Part shown: positions 19,285 through 29,356 of the stretch, in pieces
Position numbering within the stretch: the stretch's first letter is position 1
How the letters are laid out: the number at the start of each line of letters is the position of its first letter
Assembly (NCBI GenBank): GCA_963707955.1
Contig: OY970176.1
Location: forward strand, 288,001 to 352,000
Length of the DNA: 64,000 nt
Reading direction: 5' to 3'
DNA from: Candidatus Bathyarchaeota archaeon
GTDB lineage: Archaea > Thermoproteota > Bathyarchaeia > Bathyarchaeales > Bathycorpusculaceae
Made by a program: the position numbers and the translations under genes
The notes under the pieces: model-generated
Seen by the model: the letters and a program-made list of their open reading frames with translations, nothing else
What the model was told of the DNA's origin: nothing
The model's database searches: none

Positions 19285-19852
19285 CACGTTCATAAAAATC
19301 CCCAAAGAACGCGTAGGTGCATTGATCGGCCCCCAGGGAACCATAAAAAAGAGCATTGAGGAAAAGCTCTCAGTGGAACTTCAAATTGACAGCGAAACCG
19401 GCGACGTCACCGTGGTGATGGGTGAAAACGTCACCGACCCCTCCATGCTTTTCAGGGCAAAAGACGTTATCACGGCCGTTGGAAGAGGATTTTCACCCGA
19501 GCATGCCTTTCGGCTTATTCGCGACGAAGAAGCCGTTCTGGACATTTTGGACCTGAGGACCGTTTTCGGAAAGTCTGAGGCAGACATCATCCGTGTCAAA
19601 GGAAGAATAATCGGAATGAACGGCAAGACCCGCATGATAATCGAAGAACTAACAGACACTAATATTGCTGTCTACGGGCACACAGTAGGCATAATCGGCA
19701 CGTTAGAACAGGCTCAAGTGGCAAGAGAAGCGATTGAAATGCTCATAAGGGGCGGCATGCATGCCACAGTCTACAGGTTTCTGCAGAGAAAGCGAAGACA
19801 ACTGAAGAAGAAGATGCTTGAGATCTGGAAAAAGCCGCCTGAAGAAAAATAG
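19271..19852 (+). CDS. KH-domain RNA-processing protein (Dim2/Pno1)
   Basis: GALIG, GRGFSPE, GRIIG..GKTR; coupled to rio1. Confidence 0.93.
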   Translation: MARANTFIKIPKERVGALIGPQGTIKKSIEEKLSVELQIDSETGDVTVVMGENVTDPSMLFRAKDVITAVGRGFSPEHAFRLIRDEEAVLDILDLRTVFGKSEADIIRVKGRIIGMNGKTRMIIEELTDTNIAVYGHTVGIIGTLEQAQVAREAIEMLIRGGMHATVYRFLQRKRRQLKKKMLEIWKKPPEEK

Positions 19853-20120
19853 GAAACGCGCTGTGCCCTGAGACAAAAAGCCCAATTTCTAAATTGTTCT
19901 TGCCACAGAAACGTTGTTTCGTATACAAAAGCATCAACGCAGTTCGTTCCTTCAGACTGCTTCACCCGTGCGCGGTTCCTTCGTCCAGAAGCGGGCTCCG
20001 CACTCAAGATCACAATCATTTTGAGTTCATGGGGCCAGAGTCTTCATTGCCCGCCACGCAAAACTAAAAGTATCCCACATAAAAAGCTTATACGCATCGC
20101 ACAAGTTGCTGTGAGACCTG

Positions 20121-21104
20121 ATGCTAAGAAGGATTCGCGTCGTTCCGTTGGCTGCTGAGAGTCTCGGAGTGAGGTCTATGTGCACATACGTTGAGACGCC
20201 TGACACGCGAATTCTCTTGGATGCTGGCGTTTCACTGTGTCCAAACCGTTTCGGCCTCCCTCCTCATCCCAAAGAGTTCAAGGCAATAGTTGAGAGTCGC
20301 AGAAAAATCGCGCGGGCCGCAGAGAAGGTTCAGGTTGTCACCATAAGCCACTACCATTACGACCATCACACGCCTTCCTTCGAGGATTGGCTGGTCAACT
20401 GGACAGATGCAGGTGAGACTGCTGGGCAGATCTACGAGAACAAGACCGTTCTAGCGAAGAATCCTCGAGAACAAATCAATTACAGCCAACGGGAGAGAGC
20501 TTGGATGTTCAGCAAGACAGGCGGCAAGTATGCAGAGAAGATCGAAAATGCAGATGGCAAAACCTTCATGTTTGGCGCCACGACAGTCAAGTTCTCCGAA
20601 CCGGTTTTCCACGGACCAGAAAACTCGCAGCTAGGATGGGTGCTGATGACAACGATTACGTCTCAGGATGAGAAGTTCCTTTTTGCTCCAGACGTCCAAG
20701 GGCCAATGTCCGCCTACACGCTCCAAACTATCATCAATGAAAACCCTCAGCTGCTGATGATCGGAGGGCCACCCATCTACCTTTCTCCGTTGAAGGTTGG
20801 CGAAAATGAACTTCAAACTGGGCTCAAAAACTTGGGGGATATCGCCAGAAAAATCCCAAACGTGATCCTTGACCATCACGTTCTGCGAGACGAAAACTGG
20901 CAAGAAAACACGATTAACATACTCTACGATAGTTACAAGTCAGGGTCCACGCTCCTAACGGCAGCCGAATTCTTGGGCAAACAGAGTGTTTTGCTGGAAG
21001 CTTCAAGGAAGCGACTCTTCAACGAAAACCCGCCGTCCAAAGAGTTTGAAACCTGGATGAAAGCCAACGATGAGACCAAGAGGCACGTGAAGCCGCCCAT
21101 CTGA
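20121..21104 (+). CDS. UPF0282 metallo-beta-lactamase-fold protein
   Basis: ESLGVRSM, SHYHYDH, DVQGP, DHHVLRD. Confidence 0.9.
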   Translation: MLRRIRVVPLAAESLGVRSMCTYVETPDTRILLDAGVSLCPNRFGLPPHPKEFKAIVESRRKIARAAEKVQVVTISHYHYDHHTPSFEDWLVNWTDAGETAGQIYENKTVLAKNPREQINYSQRERAWMFSKTGGKYAEKIENADGKTFMFGATTVKFSEPVFHGPENSQLGWVLMTTITSQDEKFLFAPDVQGPMSAYTLQTIINENPQLLMIGGPPIYLSPLKVGENELQTGLKNLGDIARKIPNVILDHHVLRDENWQENTINILYDSYKSGSTLLTAAEFLGKQSVLLEASRKRLFNENPPSKEFETWMKANDETKRHVKPPI

Positions 21105-21181
21105 AGAGTTCGACGTTGCTGGACTTCCGTTTTCAAATGCTTTCTGAGCGTCAGCAGTGGCCATGCTGATGCCTTTGCGGG

Positions 21182-21451
21182 TCAGCACGCATGCTTGTTT
21201 CGAGAATGGTCAAAAATGGTCAAAATTCCGCTCACGCATTCTAGGAAAAGACTGCTTGATACAAGCTGACATAGAAACGCGTGAAATTCAAGAGTGCCCT
21301 CAAAGCCCAAAAGAAGAATAAAAACCATTTTTAGCCAATTAAGGAACAACCATGCGCGCCACCTTAGGCCCCTTTTTAATGGCGGAACCACTGTCACCTG
21401 TCGTCTAGCTTGTCTCTTCAAATATTTCGAGTACCTTCTATGGTAAGGCAA
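21182..21451 (-). CDS. Small basic membrane protein
   Basis: TTG start after AGGTGA-like RBS (TGGTGA); basic N-terminus then hydrophobic segment. Confidence 0.4.
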   Translation of the reverse strand: MPYHRRYSKYLKRQARRQVTVVPPLKRGLRWRAWLFLNWLKMVFILLLGFEGTLEFHAFLCQLVSSSLFLECVSGILTIFDHSRNKHAC

Positions 21452-21826
21452 GTCTGAATCACCAAAAGAAAAATCAGTTATGGATGCGCCTTAGAAATCT
21501 TGGGATGCGCCATGCATGCAAAAAGAACATTTTCACTCAGATCGAGGAGGGGAAAGGATTACGCATGACGCACCTTAAGGTTATTGTATGATACGACGCG
21601 ATATAAAAGTTACATTCATCAAAGTTTTTTTCCGTTATCTAGTGAACATACGTGTGTTCTTGGATTTTTCACATTTGAATCAAAATTGCATGGGCTTGTT
21701 TTACGAGTCGCATCCGACGATTTTTCATATGAACCCCAAATCCGATGACAACTTCACAGAACCGTTTTGCGACACCTTGATTTACTGGTTCTGAGAAACG
21801 AAGTCTCCATCCATGTGGTGAAGTCC

Positions 21827-22060
21827 ATGGGATACAGCGAGGATGGCACGAACAGGTTCTCATTCTTGTCTTTCGTGTTCAGCGTTTTGGGATTCTTCCT
21901 CATCGGCTTTTACTCAATCGGGTTGTATATTGGAGTTGGTGCGATAATCCTTTCGTTCGCGGCAGAAGACCTATTCAAAGAAAGGTCGATGTGGCAATAC
22001 CTAACGATCATCATGGCAGTGGTTGCATTCTCGGCGCGTTGGCCGGATGGAACATATTGA
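21827..22060 (+). CDS. Small membrane protein
   Basis: Three hydrophobic segments; GGTGA RBS before ATG. Confidence 0.5.
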   Translation: MGYSEDGTNRFSFLSFVFSVLGFFLIGFYSIGLYIGVGAIILSFAAEDLFKERSMWQYLTIIMAVVAFSARWPDGTY

Positions 22061-22196
22061 AAAGAGCAACATAGCGAGAAGATGAAAAATCGAGCCTACT
22101 TCCTTAGAAGACACACAAGCAACTGTCGATTTATCCACCGCCAAAAACGATCCTGAAAGTTCCATTTCTGACTTATGTGTCTCTCAAAAAAACGTG

Positions 22197-22273
22197 TGGG
22201 GCCGGGGCCGGGATTTGAACCCGGGCGCTAGGCTCCACAGGCCTATAGGCTACCAAGCTACCTCACCCCGGCC
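22197..22273 (-). tRNA. trnH: tRNA-His (GUG) with encoded G-1 and CCA
   Basis: Acceptor GCCGGGG/CCCCGGC, anticodon arm TAGGC-CTGTGGA-GCCTA, T-arm CCGGG-TTCAAAT-CCCGG. Confidence 0.95.
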
Positions 22274-22994
22274 ACTCTTCTGCTGATTTAGGTGTCTTTT
22301 TTCGCTGCTCTTACTCATTTGCGTTTCCTCAGGAATATCAGGTTATCCTTCTAATAGACATGCTCGAGCTCAACTTAGCGCGCTAGCGTGTTCCCGAAGT
22401 CTTTTAGGTGGCTTGTGCTGCTCATTCTGCTCTTCAATCATATTTGGATCATATAGGATACCCGGGGGGGAGGGCGTGAGAGCGAGAGCGCCCAACCCGA
22501 ACCGTGAAAGTAACCATTCACCATCGGAGAACGCCATGCCTGCCTCTTCAACGGGATTAGGGAACAGGCAAGCGCGCGATCTGCCCAATGGGCGTTCATA
22601 GCAACAAGGATCATGTGTGGAAGGCTTCTATATGGGATCAGGTGTTACGAAAATCATCGAAGTTTATAAGCAAAGCGTGAATTGTCGCGCGTGCTTCTTC
22701 TATCATGGAACTACTAACGTCAATCAACAGGCCTGACACGCTGTGTGAGCAAAAAGGGCGACGAAAAAACATTGATTGCGCAGGTCTTGCTACGCAACAT
22801 AAATTGTTTTTCGAATCGTTTGTTCGAAGGTCGGTTGATTATAAAAAGTTGACAAGAAGGTCTCAACTATTTCTATCTTCTCTAACCGTAGAATATGGAA
22901 AGGTGTAAAACCATGCGGGTTTTGTGGCGCTTTTGGCATCAGTTGAGATCCGAAGCGAAAGTGCGGGACGGATTACTATGGCAGGTTCGGTGCG

Positions 22995-23849
22995 TCATGC
23001 GTTGCCGCCAATTAGCAATGAGACTATTACTGCTATGGCGACGATGACGATCGTCTCAAGTAACGTTGTTTTCCAGTGAACTTGCGACCTTTCTGAGCGG
23101 TAGCGGACTAGAAAGACCCCAACAACAGTGGCGACCATTACCAGAGAAAGAGCAATATTGAAGGGTCTTGGCAATGTCAAGTAAGTCACGATCGGGAGAA
23201 TGCCTGCCAGAAAGGTCGTTGCGCTGCATGTTAGAGCTGCGATCAGATTGGACCTGCTTATCTCCTTGTGCAGCACGGTGAACAAGTGCTTTACGAGCAT
23301 CAATGACTTGTCTCGCTCGGCCATGTCGGCGATGTCGCTGAGGCTGTAATTCATCAAGGTCTGAAGCGTAATCATATCCGCCAGGTCTTCGGTTATTCCG
23401 CCGAGCAGGAAGCTGGAAAAGTTCGTCACGGCAACGGCCGACAAAGTTAAGGATGCAGCGAAAGCTGCTGCTCGTGTAGCCAGACCGGCAAAAAGGGCTG
23501 AAAGAATAACGACCAGCGCCGTGATTGAACCGTCGACCAATCCTGCCACGACTTCAAGAATCGGCTCCTTTCTCAAGAGCAACCTTGCCCATTCTCTGCC
23601 CAGTTTTGCGCCTTGCTCAGTGAGTTGCACCGTCTGGCCGCCGTCGCTGATGAGTCCCTCGGAAACCATTTGCCCGAGAGCATTGTCGAGGTCGCGCATT
23701 TCGATACAGGCATAGCCAGCGCAAACCCTGTCAATCTCCAGTTTCAATCTGGACTTCTCAACTGCAGCTCCATTGCGAAGATTCACGAGAACGACCACTC
23801 TTATTATGTCGAGCAATTCCTGTATCTCAAACGACAAACCAGGTGACAC
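22995..23849 (-). CDS. VIT1/CCC1-like membrane protein with N-terminal winged-helix domain
   Basis: N-terminal LGQMVSEGLI...VQLTEQG wHTH wing; AGLVDGSIT VIT1-like motif and ~5 TM helices. Confidence 0.65.
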   Translation of the reverse strand: MSPGLSFEIQELLDIIRVVVLVNLRNGAAVEKSRLKLEIDRVCAGYACIEMRDLDNALGQMVSEGLISDGGQTVQLTEQGAKLGREWARLLLRKEPILEVVAGLVDGSITALVVILSALFAGLATRAAAFAASLTLSAVAVTNFSSFLLGGITEDLADMITLQTLMNYSLSDIADMAERDKSLMLVKHLFTVLHKEISRSNLIAALTCSATTFLAGILPIVTYLTLPRPFNIALSLVMVATVVGVFLVRYRSERSQVHWKTTLLETIVIVAIAVIVSLLIGGNA

Positions 23850-24524
23850 CGCTCGAACGGAGAAATGACGATTGATAGCTAATAACTCTTGCGCGGGAAC
23901 TCGTCAAAAAGCAAAATGGGCAACGAACATTCTCGAACCTTAAAAGGACGAACAAAAAGGGAAGACTGCTGTCCAATACCAATGCTCTGTTAGGAAACCC
24001 ACCCTACGCTTTCATGGAAGAACACCATGATCCTAAGGCTTCTTATGACCCCTCGAACGCAGTCTAGAAAGGTTCCAGAGAGTCTCTAAGACAGAGAACA
24101 TACGAAAAAACACGAAGGCCAATATTTTTAAACAGAGGCTTCAAATTCAACATGGAAAGAGTGAAGAAATGCGCTAAAACTCTAAAATCAACCGTGGCAG
24201 ATACTGTCTGGCCGACAAGTCAGACCCGAACCAGAGACTTGAAGACTCACAAGAAAGTATTCGACATCGACTCAAATTCTCTCCTCGAAACAGAAGCTCA
24301 CCCATCTTTGGAAGGTAACACAAGAGACCAAAGTAAAGACTGGCGTGCTGGGAATACTGAGGGGCGTACAGAAAAACTCCAAGGAGACCAGAATAGACCG
24401 GAAGACGGGGCGAAGTAAGACGCGTTGCGTGCTTGATGTAGCGCACCGGTCTAGTGCAAAAAAAATGAGGAAACATGATAGAGTTTGAGTAGCTCCACGA
24501 TGCAAAATGGCTGAGCCGTGGTTG

Positions 24525-25316
24525 CTACGACCGTTCAAAAAGGTAAGTCACTACACCCTCCAAGATTCTTCGATGGACTTCTTTCTTGAGCTCCATCTTG
24601 TACGATCGAGACTTCCACGTAGGAAGTCCTCTGAGGGGGAGGTCCCCTATCCTAATTATGCCCGCCGCCTTCTTACCGTAATAGCCCGCTAAAGCGTACA
24701 GCACCGAAAGTTCCATATCAACTGAAACAACTCCTTGGCTCTGCAGCCTCGTGAGGAGCTGCTTCGTTTCTGAAAGGAAGAACGGCACTGTTGCATGAAC
24801 TCCTCCGTGGACCTCTATTCCGAGGCTTCTCACGGCCTTTTCAACCATCAGCTTCAACGTTTTCCACAGGTCTTCGTCAGCATCTGCTGGAGCTTCAGGC
24901 GGCAAGATTATCTCCAGCACCTTATCGAGTCGCATGCAAGAAGGTGGCATGTTAACGTCCCCCGTCTCCACACGTTTGCCTATTCCTCCGCCTGTCCCGA
25001 CGAACAGTATCTCCTCTACGTTTCTGCAGTGGCAGAGAACAATGGTTGAGTCCGCGAAATTTGACGCTCCTGTACCACCCTCACAGAACAAAGCCGATTT
25101 CTGATCATTCCAAACCAAGAAACCGCTCCGAACTCTCCTAAAGTCAAAGGCTTTCGAGGTCATGGTTGTTTGAAAATCTTCAAAACACTCATCAACCCTC
25201 ACAGGGCTTATCACGACGCTCGCGGGCATCGCTGCTGGGCTGAGACCAAAGCCGAACTCCGTGGCCCACTTGAGCGCGCTGCCCTTCAGCTCACCATAGG
25301 TCAAATCATTGTTCAC
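24525..25316 (-). CDS. Nucleoside phosphorylase (PNP/UDP family)
   Basis: FVGTGGG, GDV, SVDMELS. Confidence 0.8.
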   Translation of the reverse strand: MNNDLTYGELKGSALKWATEFGFGLSPAAMPASVVISPVRVDECFEDFQTTMTSKAFDFRRVRSGFLVWNDQKSALFCEGGTGASNFADSTIVLCHCRNVEEILFVGTGGGIGKRVETGDVNMPPSCMRLDKVLEIILPPEAPADADEDLWKTLKLMVEKAVRSLGIEVHGGVHATVPFFLSETKQLLTRLQSQGVVSVDMELSVLYALAGYYGKKAAGIIRIGDLPLRGLPTWKSRSYKMELKKEVHRRILEGVVTYLFERS

Positions 25317-25722
25317 CTATAACCTGTATGATCACTGTTCTCCTTCTCGGATGAGTGTCCGTCTCCACGAAGAGCAAGGACTGCCATGTCCCGAACTCGA
25401 CGCGACCATCAATTACTGGCATCGTCCTGTCAGGCGGAAACAAAACTGACCTCAGATGTGAGTGCGCGTTGGAAGGGTGCCCATACTTCCCCTGCTTTGG
25501 AACCAGCTTCTCCAGAAGCATCTTAATGTCCTCTAACAGGCCGTACTCGTTCTCGGTCAAGACCAGCACACCCGTCGCATGCGGCGCGAACACGTGTACC
25601 AAACCTTCCTTGACGCCAGACTTGGCAACGGTTTCCCCGACCTCGTCTGTCAAGTCGATAAACTCTATCTCGCCCTTCGTAGAAAAGCTGTAAGTTGTGC
25701 TAAACACTTTGCATCCCGGCAC
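25306..25722 (-). CDS. yjbQ: YjbQ/UPF0047 family protein
   Basis: PHATG, ENE, NAHSHLRS, GTWQS. Confidence 0.92.
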   Translation of the reverse strand: MPGCKVFSTTYSFSTKGEIEFIDLTDEVGETVAKSGVKEGLVHVFAPHATGVLVLTENEYGLLEDIKMLLEKLVPKQGKYGHPSNAHSHLRSVLFPPDRTMPVIDGRVEFGTWQSLLFVETDTHPRRRTVIIQVIGEQ

Positions 25723-25729
25723 GAGCCTC

Positions 25730-26278
25730 TCACTCCAACAGCTTTGCCATCGCTATCTCGTCTATGTACTTCCTTTCCTTGAAATGCTTTTTTGGAACCC
25801 GGCCAGTCTGCACAAACCCAACCTTCTCATAAACGTGAATTGCACGCTTATTGGTCGCAAAGACAGAGAGTACCAGAACCTTCAAACCGATCCTTTGGGC
25901 TTCCTTCACAATAGCCCGCATGACCCGCGTTCCAATGCCCAAATCCCTGAAACCGCTCTTGACAGCTATGCCAACCGCACTGGCACGCTTCTCGGAGCCT
26001 CTACCCACGTGGAGGTCAGAAGACGCAACAACCTTTCCATCCACCTCTGCAACCAAGAAAAAGATCTGACCCTTTTCCAGACGAAGAAGCACGCCGGAAA
26101 GCCACTCAGCCTCTTGCTCTCTTGACAGCTTCTCGTCCACAATTACCTCAGCCTTCTCCTCCACAAGCGAGTTAATGAGTTCCAACAAGTCGTCCAGGTC
26201 TTCCCACTTTGGAGTTCTCAAGACAACCCTGCGCCCGTCTTTAGCAGAGAAAGTCTCGAGGATTTTGCCCGACTTCAT
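25730..26278 (-). CDS. GNAT-family N-acetyltransferase
   Basis: FRDLGIGT, NKRAIHVYEKVGF. Confidence 0.92.
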   Translation of the reverse strand: MKSGKILETFSAKDGRRVVLRTPKWEDLDDLLELINSLVEEKAEVIVDEKLSREQEAEWLSGVLLRLEKGQIFFLVAEVDGKVVASSDLHVGRGSEKRASAVGIAVKSGFRDLGIGTRVMRAIVKEAQRIGLKVLVLSVFATNKRAIHVYEKVGFVQTGRVPKKHFKERKYIDEIAMAKLLE

Positions 26279-26334
26279 AAGCCAAGCTAAGGCAGCACAA
26301 CTTTAATACCTTTTCAAACCGCTCGCTCTAAATA

Positions 26335-26970
26335 GCCCCGAGACGAAGTGACCGGGGTGATGCTTTCGTATACACGGCCTTGCGCGTCGCGGAAAGCTGG
26401 GGGCTTTGGTGACATGTTAAAAACCCCTGCAATACTGTGGTCACTGAGGCCACCAGCAAGTAATCTAGATATGTTAAGCAAGCCAGAATTTCGCACTCTT
26501 GGCCTACAGTCGACAGTACAAACATGTGCACTCATGGGGGAGACGCCAGAATTTGGCTTCATTAGTTCTCAAATCCGCCCCGCAGAAGTTGGTGAAAACC
26601 CCTGAATCTGCCTCGGTGTAGGGATGCTGGCGTAGACAATAGCATCGCCAAGAGTCAGTTCGGAGCATCGGCTAACACACTGCCGGGTGCCTGGTCAAAA
26701 GAGCTGGTTCTGCCCTAGAAGGCGGTAGCCGATGGGCCAGGTTTGTGCGCAGGACACATGTGAGAACGATTTGGGTTCACAAGGCACTATCTCACAGTAC
26801 ACATTAGGCAAACAGCACGTGCAGTATTTGGAGTTGTATGAGTATTGGTCAGGTCTCCTAACGGTTTAGCTCTAAGTCATTGGAAAGGGTCGAAGTAGTT
26901 ACGAAGGTCTAGGCTGCTGGGTTCGCATGGAGATTTTCGTCGGTTCTTCTATGAGGCCCCGACCATCCAC
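26335..26970 (+). ncRNA. Putative large structured non-coding RNA (unknown family)
   Basis: No credible ORF; many complementary segments (26362-70/26900-08, 26375-81/26886-92, 26431-37/26822-28, 26495-503/26647-55, 26623-28/26641-46, 26666-74/26726-34). G-U pairs favour the + strand. Confidence 0.6.
26932..26960 (+). repeat. attL direct repeat of element 2
   Basis: GATTTTCgtCGGTTCTTCTATGAGGCCCC; 27/29 identical to 32871-32899, 20-bp exact core. Confidence 0.92.
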
Positions 26971-27155
26971 GTTATGAACCTATCCCTCAGATTTAAGGTT
27001 CTTTCGCCAAAACAAGCCTATTTCATAAAGTCGGTTTTGAGTGGTTTTTGACCATTCACTTCGAGAAAAAGCATGGTATGTTTCGAAGAAAGTCCATGAA
27101 AGCGAAGGTTTTTCGAAGTTTGATGGTCTTTTTCCATGAAAACTACTTCGAAACG

Positions 27156-27908
27156 CTAGGCTACCGGGTACTTCTCATATCTACGTCTCAAGTATGGCTG
27201 AAGACTGCGCGGATCCGCTTTAGTCTTATCTGTGACTGCCATAATGTCATGGTCCATCATGTCATAGTCATAGTTGTAGCCGAAGGCTCTCAAAAAGTGC
27301 TGAGTGATGTTTGGCAGTAAGGCTTTCACGATTTGCCATTCTCTCTTAACCCCGGCGATTTGAACGCTGTATCTATGCCTAACCGTTCCATCATGCAGCG
27401 TGTAGTCATGGCCCTTAATCAGATACCTTCTTTTCGTTAAGCTAAATGCGAACAGTCTAGGCTGATTCTTTGACCTTTTTCCTTCCTTGTCATATTCAGT
27501 TATGTCCTCTAGGTATTCCAGAATCAGCTTTGTAAAGCGCGCGCGCTCACCTTTCAGTGGCAGCCTCGCGGTTCGAAACAGAATCTTGTTAGCTTTCCTC
27601 TTGCCAACCAGAACGCCGAAGACGTTGATGTATGTCTGAGAGTCTTCTTTGTCGGCTGTGTGTTTCTCAAAGTTATCCGGCGTCAGTGGCAGGACTTCGC
27701 TGGCTCTGAAGTCACCTAGATAGAGTAGGGCAACGAGAGCGCGGTCCCTTCGCTGATAGAAGGCCATGTTAGACTTGTAGTCGATGCCAGGACTTTTCAT
27801 CAAGTTTTCATAGAGCTCTTTCGGTGTTGGATACTTCTCTATCTGCAGCAACGTGAGCCTAGAGGGTTTCTTATCTGAATCTTTTGAGGCCAAAGTCCTT
27901 CGCTTCAC
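27156..27908 (-). CDS. Divergent tyrosine recombinase/integrase
   Basis: RDRALVALLYLGDFRASEVL, TQHFLRAFG, C-terminal Tyr (LQPY); adjacent to att. Confidence 0.85.
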   Translation of the reverse strand: MKRRTLASKDSDKKPSRLTLLQIEKYPTPKELYENLMKSPGIDYKSNMAFYQRRDRALVALLYLGDFRASEVLPLTPDNFEKHTADKEDSQTYINVFGVLVGKRKANKILFRTARLPLKGERARFTKLILEYLEDITEYDKEGKRSKNQPRLFAFSLTKRRYLIKGHDYTLHDGTVRHRYSVQIAGVKREWQIVKALLPNITQHFLRAFGYNYDYDMMDHDIMAVTDKTKADPRSLQPYLRRRYEKYPVA

Positions 27909-27946
27909 TTCTTATTAGGTTTATAATAAGACCTTTTATGGATGCT

Positions 27947-28768
27947 TCAATTCTGAGAATCGGTTTCATGGTTTGCATTACCACTTCGCTCTGCGTTACG
28001 TGTTACGCTCGCATACTCGCTGCAAATCTTGATAATACTTCTTTTTATTTGCTCACGACTCAACTTAGTGATAGTTTCTATTTCAGCGATAGACTTCCCC
28101 TCTGCACGTAACTGTGCAACCTGGCCGTCTCTATCTAGGTTGCCTAATGGTAACTTCTTTTTTAACGTGAAGATTGCAACATCCTTAGAGTTAAACCTAA
28201 TAGAAGTTCTAGGTATGTTACATAAAGTCCATGATTTTCCAGATACACGATCATTGATGATTGCGGTCTGTCTGCTAACCTTGTGAATGTATAAGTCAAG
28301 GATGTCCGTGTCTAGGATTTTGCGGTCTATGAAAACGTGGCTCGGGCTGATGGCAATAAAGCCACAGTCATAATGCCTGCACATTTGGATAACGTCAAAG
28401 ATTTCCACGTTCTTTTGACTCATAAAGCGCATCCTTCCCAAGTGGATCCCCGCTTCGTCGAGGATGTAGAGTTTCTTGCCGGGCCTCTGCAGCCATAGTT
28501 TAAGGCTCTCGAGATCTGTGATCTGTGCTTCTATCATGTAGCTTTCAGTCTTGATGTTCGTGGCTATGTGAGTATGATATTTTTGAACGTAGCATATTTC
28601 AGCTAGAAGCAACGAGAAATCTGTCTTGCCCTTATCCTTCCGGCCTTTGATGACAATTACGAACCCATCTTGTTCTAGGATAGGCTCAATGTCAGGGATG
28701 ATAGGAACAAGGACTTCAGCCTTACTTGTTGGCGGCCTGGCTAATTCTGTCCCGGACATTCTTAGCAC
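27947..28768 (-). CDS. Zot-like/FtsK-HerA-type P-loop ATPase with C-terminal HTH
   Basis: IKGRKDKGKT, IATNI, YILDEAG, CRHY; C-terminal LRAEGKSIAEIETITKLSREQIKR. Confidence 0.7.
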   Translation of the reverse strand: MLRMSGTELARPPTSKAEVLVPIIPDIEPILEQDGFVIVIKGRKDKGKTDFSLLLAEICYVQKYHTHIATNIKTESYMIEAQITDLESLKLWLQRPGKKLYILDEAGIHLGRMRFMSQKNVEIFDVIQMCRHYDCGFIAISPSHVFIDRKILDTDILDLYIHKVSRQTAIINDRVSGKSWTLCNIPRTSIRFNSKDVAIFTLKKKLPLGNLDRDGQVAQLRAEGKSIAEIETITKLSREQIKRSIIKICSEYASVTRNAERSGNANHETDSQN

Positions 28769-29066
28769 TCACGGTTTTTGATTGATCGCCCACGATCATG
28801 GACAGCCTGGTCAATTCGCCAAACCTTTCCATGCCTTCGACAATTCCGTTATAGTGAATGAGCTCTTTAATAAATTCCATAGTGTCCATACCGCTTCTCA
28901 AATCTTCTAAATGGTCCAGAACCCATAAAGCAATGGCAGTGTCAGGGTCAAGCCTTGCGATTTCGACATACTCAGGGAACTTTTTGCTAATGGCCATACC
29001 TAGCGTTAAATATTGCTGAAATCTGATGTAGGCGTCTTCCTCGTTTCTTCTATTTCGTTCAGTCAT
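28722..29066 (-). CDS. Hypothetical protein
   Basis: 114-aa ORF overlapping the ATPase start. Confidence 0.6.
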   Translation of the reverse strand: MTERNRRNEEDAYIRFQQYLTLGMAISKKFPEYVEIARLDPDTAIALWVLDHLEDLRSGMDTMEFIKELIHYNGIVEGMERFGELTRLSMIVGDQSKTVSAKNVRDRISQAANK

Positions 29067-29356
29067 ATCTTATCACGTGCTGCAGGGCATATTCTTCGCG
29101 TAGACTCTCGGCGAGCGCCTTCATTGCTTCCACATCGTCTAGCGCAATGATGGTTATCAGGTTTGATATCATTCTGAGGTCTTGCGGTGTGAAGGTTGGT
29201 TTCTTTTGTTTGGGTTTCATAGTTTTCACCATGACTTTGACAGGAACATATCAAAAGTGTATGGTGAAAGCTCGAGTGTGCGGGTTTGGTTAGCGCACTG
29301 CCTCGAGCCTTCAGCTTCGCGTCGACGCGCAATAGTGCCATAGCCAACGAACACCT

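Noticed and set aside
21480-21580. Short repeats GGATGCGCC x2 and GACGCACC
   Set aside because: Too few and irregular to interpret.
22197-22273. tRNA-His as att site for either element
   Set aside because: No duplicate of its sequence seen elsewhere in the window.
22455-22610. SRP RNA (CCGGGGGG...AACCCGAACCG resembles the Alu domain)
   Set aside because: No helix 8 SRP54-binding motif and too short.
26335-26960. tmRNA or RNase P identity for the large RNA (minus strand GGGGCC...CGACG start; plus strand GGAAAGCT)
   Set aside because: No T-arm/CCA end or tag ORF for tmRNA; no P4 partner or AACAGAA CR-V for RNase P.
26744-26960. Group II intron (GTGCG and CGGTTC present)
   Set aside because: No AGC/CGC-triad domain V hairpin, and the spacing is far too short.
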